Below are positions 34,901-49,900 of a stretch of DNA of 64,000 bases, one piece after another. This DNA comes from Mobula hypostoma (taxonomy: Eukaryota). Position 1 is the first letter of the stretch. The number at the start of each line of letters is the position of its first letter. The stretch lies in contig NC_086097.1 of NCBI RefSeq assembly GCF_963921235.1, forward strand, positions 20,524,001 to 20,588,000. Direction: 5' to 3'. The notes under the pieces were generated by a model. The model worked only from the letters and a program-made list of their open reading frames with translations. It made no database searches and was not told the origin of the DNA. A program made the position numbers and the translations under genes.

Positions 34901-37900
34901 GGTTTAGGGGATATTTGCAGGGTGGTTTGAGTCCTTATTAAAGAACTGTGTGATAGAATAATGTGCGAGGCTCAACAGTCAAGCAAGCCTTCCACATCAG
35001 CCACAGCAGACGACGAACCTCGACCTTCGACATTGAGGTGGGCAGTCATAGGAGAAGATGAGCTGCCTGCTCTAATGGAAACAGGCGACGAGATGACACC
35101 CCAGTGTCCCACCACCCCAACCCCCAGGCCACAGACAGATACCGATCCGCGGAGAATGCAAAGGTAGCCGGGAGGCACACAGCACGTCTTTAAGAAAAAA
35201 GCCAAAATAAACATGCTAATTAATTAGGTGCTGCCGACACGTAATTGTCGGCCCAGATAAGAGACGACGCAATCGGAAATCAGCACTGATCTGGGCAAAC
35301 AATTACGCGCGGCACCTAATTAATTAGCATGTTTGTTTTGGCTTTTTTCTTAAAGATGTGCTGTGTACCTCCCAGCTACCGCTGGACCCCTGCGTTCTTC
35401 GCGGCAATGTATCGCTCAGCAGCCTGGAGGGTGGGGGGGCCACTGCACCACCCCAGCCTCCGACGACTATCATCAGTGTGCTCGCTGTCTTCCCGATTCC
35501 CGTAAGTGATACTACACTGTACATACATTATTTCTACTTTATATAGGCTGTGTATTCTTACGTGTTATTTAGTATGATTTGGCAGCTTCATAGTTTAAAG
35601 ATTACTGGAGAGCGCTTGCGCAGTGTTTTTGCCAACAGCGCTTGGGTGAGATTTTCTGCCGACGGCGCTTGTGTGAGATTTTCGCTACGGAAATCTGTGC
35701 TGGCAATGATTGTGGAAAAGTATTTCTACTTTATATAGGCTATGAATTTATCATATCATTCCTGCTTTTACTATATGTTACTGTTATTTTAGGTTTTATG
35801 TGTCATTTGGGATGATTTGGTAGGTTTAGGTCTGTGAACGCTCACAAAATTTTCCCATATAAATAAATGGTAATTGCTTCTTCTCTTTACGATATTTCGG
35901 CTTACAAACCGTTTCATAGGAACGCTTTACCTTCGGATGGCGGGGGAAACCTGTATATCCAATGACTTGGCTTTCACTGTCGTCTTTGGTAAGAATTCCA
36001 CAGATTCACCAGCTTCTGACTGGAGAAATTCGTCCTCTTCTCAGTTCTAAAGGATAGTCCCTCTGTTCTGATGCTGTGCCCTCTGCTCTTCAACTCACCA
36101 ACTATAGGAAACATCCTCTCCATATCCACTCTCTCTAGGCATTTCAATATAGGGAGGGTTGCTGCACATTTAGTCAGTAAGTGGCTGGAGGAAGCTCTCT
36201 ATTGGGTCCTTCACAAGAAGCTGTATGTTCTTGTCCAGTGGAGGAAACGTGGAGCTGATCACTTTCATGATTAACAGAGCAAAAGGTGAAAGGGATTTAA
36301 CAAAAAAAAATTTTGCTTCATTGTATGCAAAGTTTTGGTCACTCTCCAATATTTCTCTGCCCAGCTGCCACAGGCATACCCACCAGATATGCACCTGATC
36401 TACGTAAATCAAAGACAGATTATAAGGTAGGTACATTTAATCTGTCCACTACTCAAGTTACAAACTAGTCCTGTTTTATGGTTTTAGTACTTATAAACTT
36501 GAGAATTGGAAACAGGAGCCGTCTATCTAGTCCTTTGAGTCTGATTCACTATTCCATGGATCACATCAAACCCATTTTCCTACCCAGTTGCTCTGTCCCA
36601 CAGTTTCCTGGCTGTCCAATAATCTATCCCTATCCTTCTCATATATTCTTAACAATTTGGCTGTCCAGGTTTGAGAATTTTGAAGAATCTGTGAAAATGC
36701 TTTTCTTTATTTCACTCCCAAGTGTTCAACCCTTTTATTTGTGACTCACTTCTTCTCTTTACTCAGGACAAAAAGGGAGAGGGTAGAGCAAGACGGAGGG
36801 AAGGGAGGGGGAAGAGCTCGGGGAAGCAAGCTTTTTCCACTGAGCTTGGGTGTGATCAGAACTAGAGGTCATAGGTTAAGGGTGAAAAGTGAAACATTTA
36901 AGGGAAATCTGAGGGGGAATTTCTTCACTAAGGGGGTGATATGAGTGTGGAATGAGCTGGCAGCAAAAGTGGGATGAAGGTTCAACTGCAACATTTAAGT
37001 GAAGTTTGGATAAGTACGTGGATGGTGATGGAGGACTATGTCCTGGTGCAGTTTGATGGGACTGGGCAGAATAAAGGGCCTGCTTCTGTTCTGTAGTGAT
37101 GTGTTAGTCTATAGCTCCCACGGTACAGTGATCAGAACAGTATGCATTGCTCCAAATGCGGCCTTACCAATATCTTGTATATCTGTAACCTGACATCCCA
37201 ATCCTGTACTCAGTATCCTGAACAATGAAGACAAGCGTGCCACACAGCCTCTTCACCACCTGTGCCACGACTTTCCTCACCCCTGGAAAGGTCTAACGCA
37301 TGAGGTTTTTCTATTCATTTCATTGTAATTAGAAAACAGATTCAGACATTAAAAGTAATAACATTTGGATATATGCTTATCGTTTTTGATTATTGAAAAT
37401 ACTGTCTAATAATAATAGACAATTGGTTCCTTATTTCACATTTCTTCTCCTTTAAGATCCTGATAATTTAAACAAAAATTACGCTGCCATTTAATACTAA
37501 TGGGTTGGTTGTGTGAAAATTATTGTGGAGCTTGTACGATTATGATTGTGGAGATTCACTGTGCATTTCCCGTTGCCTTTCCACAGGACTTTTCGACGGA
37601 CTGGAGTCCAGAGCAGACAGTTAGACAGATGCAGAAAGGACGAGTATGGTGAAATTATTGTAGATATTCTTCTCTTCCCCCATCAGATGTTTCTTTTTCT
37701 CCCTCTCTTTTCCTGAAGGCCCCTCCTTTCCAAAGGCACCGGACACTTGCCTTCTCCTTGGTCCAGCAACCATTATGTCTGAGTATTAAACCAAGGGTAT
37801 AGTTGGAGTCAAATCAAATGGGATTCTGATCCTTGCTTGTTATACATCTATGATTGCTTTCTGGGATTGTTAGATCACAAGTTTAGTCTCTCTCTTCAGT

Positions 37901-40900
37901 TCCAGAGGCTGTCACCAGTTGTAGAGGCCAAAAGCCATCCTAAAGAGAGTAACATGACATCCATGAAAATACCAGTCTTTGCCCGATTTCGGCAAGGTGT
38001 CGAAGTAATTTGTAATAAGCCCCTTGCTGAGAACCAGTAGCCATGGCCAGTTACAATGAACCAGAGGTCGGGGCTAGTTGCAGGGGTCCATTGGCCATAT
38101 CCCATGGTGTTAATCTAGTAGCCAAGGTCCATTGGGCATGGTCAGCTGCAGTGAGTCAGTGCCCAAGGTCCAGTGGTGATGAGCCAGTGGCCGTGGTTGA
38201 CTCAGCCCTTGCTGTAAGCTGTTTCTGGAGTGGAAGTGGAAAGACAGCTTCAAACTGAAAGTATTTTCAGAACAGACACATGAACTCTGCACCTTGTCCT
38301 ACCTGACTCCTGTACTGATTTTGTTTTCAGATGTACTCCTTAGAGAGGTTTCGTTCTCTGAAAGACAAACTGCTTCTTGTAGATGAAGCTGTGCAAACAC
38401 ATGATGGAAATGTCATCACTGCTGTAAGTGTTCGCCAGGAACTTCATTTGAAGTTTATTGCTCTTTGTCGACGTGTGAAAGAAATCGTGAACAGTCCATG
38501 TGTAATATACCATAAATTTTATGGGCACTTTTCTGGGAATGAATATTATTCTTTTGGAGAAGCTGAACAGGATTACTGCACACATACTTATATAATATCC
38601 AAAGCATGATTCTGTTCGTGTTTCTTCAGGCAGGGTCTTAGATTCCATTTGATCTGTTTAGAAAGCAGATGAGCAATTGGCCATTAAACTAACAAGAAGA
38701 GAAACTTCTTTATGAGCCTTCAGAATTCTCTCTACATAGAGGGATGTTGATACTCAGTTTTGGTATATTGTTAAAGCTAGAAGTACAGTACTGTAGATAT
38801 TTACAAATCTCAGTTTATAATTGTTGTGTTGACAAATTTCTCGAGAGTTTGTGTCTCTATTCATGGTTAGCTTAGCCTCCCAAGTAGTCTAAAATCCAGC
38901 AGAGTGAGTGGAGCTGGACTGGAGGATAGAAGTGTCGTGTTGAATTATCGGTTTCTGTGCTGTTATATACATCCCAGTGAAGGTGCAGTGGAGAGGCAAC
39001 ATCATCTGGCTTAGAGTAGGAAAAGCAGAACAACAAAAAAAATGAGCTGCTGGAGGAACGATGTTGGAATGGGTAAGGGGAATAGAGGAGTTGATGTTGT
39101 GAGAGCAGTTGGAAATGAAAAGGGTTCAAAGGTTCATTTTATTCTATGCACGCATAATACACTCTGGCATTCATCTTTTCCAGATAGTCACGAAATGCCG
39201 AAAGACCATGGGAGTTGTTGTAAAAAAAGACATCAACTCCCCCGCACCCCCCCGGCATAAAAACGGAAAAGAAACAAAACTTGTAGACCCAAAATCCCCC
39301 ACCCCTCCCCGCAGCAGAAAAACAGTGAGAGTAGCTTCAAATCACCCTTCCCAGAGAAAAAACAGTGACAATAACAATCCCTGTCCTGGTCACTCACAGA
39401 AAAGAACATCGACAATAGCATCAAAGTCCCCAGCCCTCCCTCCTCACACAAAAAATTAAAAGATCACCCACCTGTGAATCAGCCACTAGAAAGAAAACAC
39501 GGAGAAACTGAAGGAGACCAATATAAAGTACAGTTCAATAATCACATAACTCTCAGACTATTGAAAATGTCTGTCCGTCAGCATATGAGGAGAGCGGCCG
39601 TACGAACTCATTCCTTCCATGAAGAGTGACCGCCATGCCAGGTCCAAACACTGCCAATCTGGCTGCTGACCATCGTCGCCGTGGTGGCCTCTGTTGGGAG
39701 CGATAGCTGATCCCCTCCGCATTCACCTTGATGCTTCAATCTTCCTTGCCGCATCAAGAGAGAGTCATTCCTGACCCCGCGCTCTGTCTCTGGTCTTTCC
39801 CACGAGTCAGCTTGTGTTCTCGGTCCTTGTCAGGGTCCCCTTCTCTGATCTTCTCCTTAAAGCAGCTCTCCGGACACAGCAGAGCACTAGGTTATTTGAT
39901 CGAGTTCCAAACCGCACGTCACAGGCTTCAACAGTTTCCGTAACAGAAACAAGACAAAAAGAATGAGCAGAAGGCATAGAAAAAGTGAAATAATTGAAGA
40001 GATTAGCTATCTGAAAGATGTCGCCTGAGGACTTATTCACTGACGTCATCGTGACTGGAAGACAAAGATCGAGAGAGGGGAACAAATCAGAAGGGGTTAT
40101 CCAAGAGCTAGAAGAGTGTTGAAGATGTGAGAAAGGATCATCACTGTGAAAAGCTGGAGGTGGTTAGAACTTGTTGCAACATTATGTACCAGGAGATTTT
40201 ATCTCAATGCCTCACTTCTCCACACACGTATGAGAAAGGGGTTTATGTGCAGAGACCTGTATCCCCTTGAGCTTAGAGATGTTTTCATCAAAATATACAA
40301 AACTCTTCAGGTCTCTGCAATGTACCTGTGGGGATGATTTTTCCATTGGTTGGTATTTAAAATGCTTTATAACTTGCAACATACTTGATCCTCCCAGCTG
40401 AACGTATGGCATGGTGAAGGAGTAGTCATTTTCTGACTTAACATACTTCTGTCAGTGGCTTACCTCTGGATTATAACTATGTTTGAACTACTTATGTTAA
40501 TTAAGAAGGGCAAATTACCTGTCTAATACTTGTATTTGTGGAGGCCAGGTCGTTGGGTGTATTTAAGGCAGAGATTGATAGATTCTTGATTGGACATAGC
40601 AGCAAAGGTTACGGGAAGAAAGCCGACAAATGAGGTTGAGGAGGGGTAAAAAGGACCAGCCATGATTGAATGGCGGAGCAGACTCGATGGGCCAAATGGC
40701 TTAATTCTGCTCCTATATCTTATGGTATTGGAGTCAATGTGTGCAAAAACTTTTTTTTCCTTGCAGATTTTGATCTTCCTGAAGAAAACATTAAGCAAAG
40801 GTAATTTGGTCTTCACCCATTTGTGTTTGTGATGTTTAGACATCAGCGTTGAGATGAATATGAAGGCTTATCTATGAGTTAGCTTGTTCTCCAAATGGGT

Positions 40901-43900
40901 AAGATGAATTTACTGATACCAGTTGTTTTACTGAGTAATTCAGTCTCAGCCTGAGAACTGTTGGGGTGATATTGGTGGATTTAAGTTTCTGCATGCATCA
41001 GGGAAGGAGGTAGATCGAGGATCAACTTTATTCACCATATACTTTTACATGTATTAGGAAAATGCTGTGCTATGTTAGCGCCACATGCAAAAAAAATCAG
41101 CGTTCAACAGTTATAAAGAATTTTAAAAAATAATGTTAGAGGTTAAAACGCAAACAACAGTTAGTCCTGACGAAGGGTCTCGGCCTGAAACGTCGACTGT
41201 ACCTCTTCCTAGAGATGCTGCCCGGCCTGCTGCGTTCACCAGCAACTTTGATGTGTGTTGCTTAGAGGTTAAAGTATGGATATGGATTGAAACATGCATA
41301 AATACCAGCATGTATATATTTACAATGTACACAGCTCTATAAAAAGTGGTTGGAAGTGTTTACAGTGCAGTACAGTGACTGAGGCATTATATAGACAGGG
41401 GAGAGGGGGCTAACTAGAATGGTTGATCAGATTAACTATTAAGATGGCATGAAGTTTGTTTTTTGTCTTACTAGTCTATAGTGCTTTCCAGTAGGGAGCT
41501 TTTGGAAAAGGCAGTTTCCAGGGTGTTTAGTGTACACAGTGATTTTGTTTTCTTGCCCACTTCTTTGTCCTGGACACATGCATGACTTGCAGTCATGGTA
41601 GACTGGAGCCAATCACAGTTTTCTGCAGTTTTCAATATTCTGAGATGATGCTGCATCAAACCAGACAGGAATGGATGATGTCAGAATGCTCTCCATGATG
41701 GCAGTGTAGAATTGCAATAGTACATTCTGGGAAAGATGATTTATACCAGCTGCCGCAAGAAGTACATCTCTGCCGAGCCTTTTTGCTAATGAAGGAGATT
41801 TGTTCTCCCACAAAGTCTTGTGAAATAATAATGTCGAGAAGCCTGAATGTTGAAATTATGCTATCTCCCCACCATTGAGCACATCTGTCGTAAGAAAGCA
41901 GCATCCATCATTAGGGACCCCCACCATCCTTGCCAGGATCTCTCCTCACTGTTGCCATCATGTAGGAACGTCATTTCACTCAAATTCACTTGCCCCATCA
42001 TTAAAATGTTCCCTCAACCTATGGACTCACTTTCAAGGTCTCTTTGTCTCATGTTCTCGATATTTATTGCTTATTTATTGATTATTATTATTTATTTCTT
42101 TTTGTATTTGCACAGTTTATTGTTTCTTGCACATTGGTTGTTGGTCCACCCTGTAGGGTGCAGTCTTTCATTGATTCTATTGTGTTTCTGGTATCTACTG
42201 TGATTGTCCGCAAGAAAATGAATCTCAGGTTTTTATATGGTGACATTTATATACCCTGACAATAAATTTCCTTGGAACTGTAGAGTTGTTGATGGTAAGT
42301 GTTTGGAGAGGAGGCATATTTCTCCTGAACTCAATATGCATCTCTGCCATTTTGAGGGCATTCAGCTCCAAGCTCCAGGTAGCTAATACCTGGAACATGG
42401 TGTTAAGAATGGAAGTGGAAGCAGATACGATGAGTAGCATTTTGATCAGCACATGAACAGGCTGAGAAGGGGGGATATAGACTCTGTGCAGGCAGATGGG
42501 ATGAGTTCTGATGGGATGGGATGAGTACTGATGAAGGGTCTCGGTCCGAAACATCGACTGTTTATTCGTTTCCATTGAAGCCGTCTGACCTGCTGAGTTC
42601 TTCCAGCATTTTGTGTGTGTTACTCTTGATTTACAGCATTTGCAGAATCTCTTGTGTTTGGGATTAGTCTAGATTGGTATCATTGTAGACATAGACTGAA
42701 GACCAGCATTGTAATGTGTGGTGATTTGAGTTACTGTCACTTTCTTGTCAGTTTGAGCCAGTTTGGCCATTCTCCTCTAACCTCTCTTATTAACAAGGTG
42801 CTTTTGCCCACAGAACAGCTGCTTGCTAGATATTTATAGTTTTTCATACCATTCTCTGTAAACCCTAGAAACCGTTGCGCATGAAAATCTCAGGAGATTA
42901 GCAGTTCTGAGATACCTGAGAAAAGGATTAATGGTATACTATATGAAGACAATTTCTCACCAGCTTTCTCTTGCAGAATTACCTTTTGAGGGCAGTAACC
43001 TTGTCCTGGTTTTGAATAAGTCAGACAGTAATGATGAAGCTTGATACTCTTGTGTGGCCACAGAACAGCGCTGTTGCATGCTGTGGAGTTAATGAAGCCT
43101 GTGCACTCTCAAAATGTTAATGGAGCAGTGGAGAACCTTTTGTACAGGGGAGGGTTGGGTTACTCAGGGTGACACGGTAGTGTAGTAGTTAGCACAATGA
43201 TTCACAGTCCCCAGCGGCCCGTGTTCAATTCCTACCACTGCCTGGAAGGAGTTTGTACTTTCTCCCTGAGACCACGCTGATTTCCTCTGGGTGCTCTGGT
43301 TTCCACCCACAGTCCAATGGTGTGTGAGTTAATTGGTCATTGTAAATTGTCCCGTGATTAGGCTAGTGTTAAGTTGGAGAGGTTGGACAACATGGCTCAA
43401 AGGGCCTGCGCTGTGCTGTATCTCAATGAATAAATATGCTTCCCTTTAACCTCATGTCACTAAATACTGATGTAAGATCACAAGCCTAGAACATTACCTC
43501 TGCTCCTCTCTCAGCAGATGAAAATAAGGATGTAAGAGACAGAGGCAGAGGTGGGGCCATTCAAATGCTTCTACTTGCTCCATCATGGCTGAACTCTTAT
43601 CACGGGGCCTCTTTCCTGTTCTAACCACAAAATCCTTAATTCATCTGAAAGTCTACTGACCACAGTATTCAGTGCCTAAGTCTGAACAGTTCTCTTATGT
43701 AGATAATTCCAATTATCAATCATTAGCCATATCTCAGAAAGCATATGTTGTCATTGGAGAGAGTCCAGAAGAGGTTCACGAGGATGATTCTGGGAATGAA
43801 GGGGTTAATGTATGAGGAACGTTTGGCAGCTTTGGATCTGTGCTCACTGGAATTTAGAAGAATGCGGTGGGGGGTGGAATCTCATTGAAACCTACTGACG

Positions 43901-46900
43901 TGTTGAAAGGACTAGATAGGGTGGATGTGGAGAGAATGTTTCCCATGGTGGGGGTATCCAGAACCAGAGGGCGCAGCCTCAAAATTGAGGGGTGACCATT
44001 TAGAACAGAGGTAAGGAGGAGTTTTTTTAGCCAGAGAGTAGTGAATCTGTGAAATGCTCTGCCACAGACTGAAGTGGAGGCCGAGTCCGTGGGTATGTTT
44101 AAAGCGGAAGTTGATCCTTTCTTGATCGGTCGGGGCGTCAAAGGATATGGCGAGAAGGCAGGTGTGTGGGGTTGAGTGGGATCTGGGATCACCCATGATG
44201 GGATGGCAGAGCAGACACGATGGGCTGAGTGGCCTAATTCTGCTCCTATGTCTTATGGACAATCTTAGTCATACCCTGGGTGAAGAAATATTTTCTTGTC
44301 TCTCTGTGGAAAACCCGACATCTTATTTTGAGATGTCCAAGCTGGGGAAGAGTCATTGCCAGTCGAGTCCCTTGACTGCTTAGCTCACCTCTCCGCGCAC
44401 GGACCTTTGGTTGCTCCCTTTCGTCTTGCCAAATATTTGCTTACCAGCTCTATCTATTACCCCCCTCTACTACCTCACTCACTGCACTGCACTGTAAACT
44501 CTTTAAACCACTTCTTATAATGCTGCTTACATTGTAGATACATGCTGGTATTTATTCTAAATCCGTACTTTAACCTCTAAATTATTTTTGGGTGATTCTT
44601 TGTCCTTTGTAATTGTTTGGTGTTGCTGTTTTGTGTTGCATGTCATGCCAACACACGAGACCATGGGAAAAACGTTCAGGCTCCTTATAGACTGAGTTGG
44701 GAATTGAATCCTCACTCTTCTGATTGCTGGTGCTGTAAAGTGTTACGCTAACCACTACGCTATGAGAAGTTTGCATGTTTTTCCTGCAATCGTGCTTTTT
44801 TCCCCCAGTGTCCTCCCATGCACCAAAGATGTGCTGGTAGGATATTGTCCCCTGTAACTTACTTCTTAGTGCGGGTAAGGGGTGATAGAAATTAAGCAGA
44901 GTTGAAGGGCAGTGCATGAGAAGGAATAATTTGTTGGGAAATAAGGAGAGGAGTAATGGTACTGACAGGATTGTTATGCTGGTATTCTATGGGATAAAAT
45001 GTCCTCCTCCTACATACAGTAAGTAAATGTAAAATAATAGCCAGTGTCAATAATTACAACCATGACCCTATTTGTTTCACTATTTAAAACCCAATTGGTG
45101 GACTGATGTCCTCTAAAGGAATTCTGTTATCCTCTCTGGATCATCTGTGACTCCAGACCCACAGTGCAGTTGACTTGTAGAAGTGGCCTAGCAAGCAACA
45201 CACGTCAGGCAACTGGGATTGGCTACAAGAGTTAACATTGTCGGCGTCATCCACCGAAAATAAGTAATTAAGTAAAGGAGAGTGGATTAACTATAGGGTG
45301 ACACAGTAGTGTAGCGGTTGGTGCAGTTGGTTTGCAGCAGAGTTTGATTCCTGCCGCTGTCAGTACAGAGTTTGAACGTTCTGCCCATGACTGTGTAGGG
45401 TTCGTCCAGGTGCTCTGGTTTCCTTCCAAAAATGTATAGGTTAGGGTTAGTGAGTTGGTGGCAACATTTGCACAAACCTTGCTAATTTGCTTTGAACATA
45501 CTTGTGACAAGTAAAGCTAACCTTATCTTACATAATTTTATAAAATGGAGCTGAATAAATGTCTAAAGAGTTTGGAAATAGAAATGGCAAAATAGCCACC
45601 TTCTGGAACATTTCATGGTTCTGACTATTGCAATAGAGAATGATAGACTGCTTTTTAAAAGTCTCTCGTTTGTCGAAGTCCTTGATGCCTACGTAGCAGT
45701 TGACTTGACTTGCAGGTATCATTCCGATTCTGTCCCACTGATTGCACATGCATGTTTGTGTTTTACAGAGGTTCTGTTTCAAGAGCTGCAGTACAAGCAG
45801 GTTGCTCTGCAGCAATTTGTCCACTATCTGAAGGAGACGGGAGAACAGAAACTACTGATGGAGATGCTCAGGTAAGACGGCTGATCTTGTATTCCATACT
45901 TCCTGTTGGCTTTTTGTTTGGATTTTGGAGTGCAGGACGAGGAAGCAGTTGGCAGTCCCTGGGTTGCGTAAGGGCTCCATTTCTAATAATTGTCCATAGG
46001 CCGATTTTTCTGTAAATCTGAATTGTCGGTTTCCATATCGTATCGTCGGACACACACTATAATTATTTAATTTCATTGAACAATCATCCTAACTCTACCC
46101 ATGATAAACTAATGGGAAAAATATATATATATATACTCAGTGGCCATTTTATTAAGTACACCTGTTCACCAGCTAGTTAATGCAAATATCTATTCAGCCA
46201 ATCATGTGGGGGGGGGGGCAACACAATACATAACAGCATTCAGATATGGTCAAGAGATTCAGTTGTTCAGACCAAACATCAGAATGGGGGAAGAAATCTG
46301 ATCTAAGTGACTTTGACCATGGAACAATTGTCGGTGCCAGTTAGGGTGGTTTGAGCATCTCAGAACCTGCTGATCTCCTGGGATTTTCATGCATAGCAGT
46401 CTTCTAGAGTTTACAGGGAATTGTGCATAAAACAAAAAAAAAAATCCAGCGAGTGGCAATTTTGTATGTGAAAATGCCTTGTTAATGAGAGAGGAGACTG
46501 GTTCAAATTGACAGGAAGGCAGCTGTTACCCTCAAATAACCACAAATTACAACGGTAGTGTGAAAAGGAGCATCTCTGAACAGTGATGTGCAAAAGGACA
46601 CATTGAATCTTGAAGTGGATGGGCTACGGAAGCAGAAGACCACAAAAAATACACTCAATTGCCACTTTATTAGGTACAGGAGTTACAAGGCCACTGAGTG
46701 TATAGACATAATTATACATGAATATCATGAAATATTATTATTAGTAATAGTATTATTGCTACCTTGAGAAGTGCTTTCCTAATGTATGGGAGAATTTGCA
46801 AAGGGTGGATTTCCTTAGGTCAGGACAGGTTAGGTCATTCATAACTAGTAAATTAACTAATTAAATTCACACAGGAGTGTTGAAACATGAAGTGAATGCC

Positions 46901-49900
46901 CTGGTTATCCAAGCAAATATTGATGTTATATCCTGCTTGTGCTGACATTTTCCCTAGCCCCACAGTCCCCCACCCGTCACCTCTGGAATTTTCAGTCAAC
47001 TTGGAATTTCTGAGTGAATTTGGCGGTGACTAATTACCATTGTAACAGGAGTGTGGAATTAGATTTTAACATGAAGCATCTGTAGCATCAAATCCAGCAG
47101 AGGGCAGCTTCAAAGAGATAAAGTTATACCAGATATGGATGACTTGGGCTTTAGTCATAGTTATTCCAAAAATCAATATGTATCCTATGAATTTAGCATG
47201 CATAGTGACATTATCCTTTATTTCTTTCAATACAGAGCCCTGGGGAGGACAGAAGAGTTTGCAGTAAGTATCCCCTGGCTGGGTACAGAACCCATCTAAA
47301 TCCTATACAGTTGTCAACACACAGGTTGAATTCCATAATTATTAGCATCAGAATCATGGTACAGAACTTTTTAATCCAGGTGCTTGGACAGAGCCTGTAC
47401 CACAACAGAATGGGTCCTAAGTTCAGTTAATTAACAAGATATTTTAAAATTCTCAGTTCAGTAGTCAAGTCAAATTTATTGTCACGTGCACCAGTACGGT
47501 AAGCAGGTACAATGAAAAATCAGGATCAGTTTTATTATCATTCACATCAGTGGAAAATTTGTGGCAGTATAGCAGAGCAGGATATGAAAATTACCAGAAT
47601 GCAAAAGAGGAATCGTGAGGTAGTGTTCATGGTTTCATGGACTGTTCAGGTATCTGATAGAAGACTGGAAGAAGCCATTCCTAAAAGTTGGAGTGTGGGT
47701 CTTCAGTCTCCTGTATCATTTCCCTGCTTGCAGCAGGTTCACAGGCACGCACATAAATAGTCATACTCATACTTTATTGATCCCGGGGGAAATTGGATTT
47801 CGTTACAGTTGCACCGTAGATAATAAATAGTAATAAAACCATAAATAGTTAAATAGTAATATGTAAATGCCAGGAAATAAGTCCAGGGCCAGCCTATTGG
47901 CTCAGGGTGTCTGACCCTCCAAGGGAGGAGTTGTAAAGTTTGATGGCCACAAGCAGGAATGACTTCCTATGACGCTCTGTGTTGCATCTCGGTGCAATGA
48001 GTCTCTGGCTGAATGTACTCCTGTGAAAAGGACTGTGCAAGGCAGGACGTTAGTCTAAAAAATAAACAATGACAAGCCCATGGAAATGGAGGAGGTGGGC
48101 CGTAGTCTTCCATTGCTGAGGTTGGGTTGGAGCTGTGCAGGTCGGTTCAAGATCCTGATGGTTGTAGCAAAGTAGTTGTTCTTGAACCTGGTGGTGTGGG
48201 GATTCAGGCTTCTGTACTTTCTGCCGAACCTCGATGGTGAGGGTCAGTGATGATAGATGCCGCCTTGAAGCGGCACCCTGCAGATGTTTGAGGGTGGGGA
48301 GGGCTATGTCCACTACCCTCTGCACCCTCTTGCGGCCCTGTGCCTCCTAGTTTTGGACTCACCTGTCCTGGGGAAAAGTTCATACAGGCAATCGCATCTT
48401 TTCTACAATCTCCATTAGCACTGATGAACCACAAGGCTCTGTACTTAGACCCCGTGCTCTTCTTGCTTTATACTTATGACTGTGTGGCTAAGCCCAGCTC
48501 CAATGCCAGATTAAAGCTTGCTGACGACACAACTGTCATTGGCCGAATCAAAGGTGGTGACAAATTGGCAGATAGGAGGAGAGATTGAAAATCTGACTGA
48601 GTGGTGCCACAACAACAACCTCTCACTCAACGTCAGCAAGACCAAGGAGCTGATTATTGACTTCAAGAGGAGGAAACCGGAGGTCTTTGAGCCAGTCCTC
48701 GTTGGGGGATCAGAGGTGGAGTGGGTCAGCAAATTTGAATTCCCAGGCGTTATCATTTCAGAGGATTGACACTTGGCCCAGCACATAAGTGCCATTACAA
48801 AGAAAGCATTGCAGCACCTCTACTTTCTTAAAAGTTTGTGAAGTTTCAGCATGTCATCTAAAACCTTTCACAAACTTCTACAGATGTGTGGTGAAGAGTA
48901 TATTGACTGGATGCATCACGGCCTCGCATGGAAACACCAATTCCTTTGAATGGAAGAGCCTCCAAAAAGTAGTGGATATGGCCCAATCCTTGATGGGTAA
49001 AGCCCTCCCCACCATTAAGCACATCTACACTGAACGAAGACACTGGAAGGCAGCATCCACCATTAAGGATCCCCACCATCCGGGCCATGCTTTCTTCTCA
49101 TTGCTTCCATAGGAGCCTCAGGATGCACACCACCAAGTTCAGGAACAGTTATTACCCTACAATCATGGGACTCTTGAAGTGGAGGGGATAACTTCACTCA
49201 CTCCATCCTATGGACTGACTTTCAAGGATTCTTCATTTCATGTTCTCGATACTTATTGCTTATCTATTTATTTATTATTAATTTTCTCTTGTCTTTTTGT
49301 ATTCGCACACTTTGTTAGAGGCAGTCTTTCATTGATTCTATTATTTTTTTGCATTTATAAGACCGTAAGACATAGGAGCAGAATTAGGCCCTCTGGCCCA
49401 TGGAGTCTGCTCCACCATTCAATCATGGCTGATCCTTTTTTCCCCTCCTCAGCCCCACATCCCAGCCTTCTCCCCGTAACCTCTGATGTTGTGTCCAATC
49501 AAGCTCTGCCTTAAATCTACTGAACGACCTGGCCTCCACAGCTGCCTGTAGTAACAAATTCCACAAATTCACCACCCTCTGGCTAAAGAAATTTCTCCAC
49601 ATCTCTGTTTTAAATGGTTGCCCCTCTATCCTGAGGCTGTGCCCTCTTGTCCTAGACTCCCCCACCATGAGAAACATCCTTTCCACATCTACTCTGTTGA
49701 TGCCTTTCAACATTTAAAAGGTTTCAATGAGATCCCCCTCATCCTTCTAAATTCCAGAAAGTACAGGCCCAGAGCCATGAAGTGTTCCTCATATGGTAAC
49801 CCTTTCATTCCTGAGTTGTATATGGTGACATATATATACTTCAAACTTTTAACTTTGTTACCTTCCATCCTATGTATGGCTCTCATAATTATAAACACCT

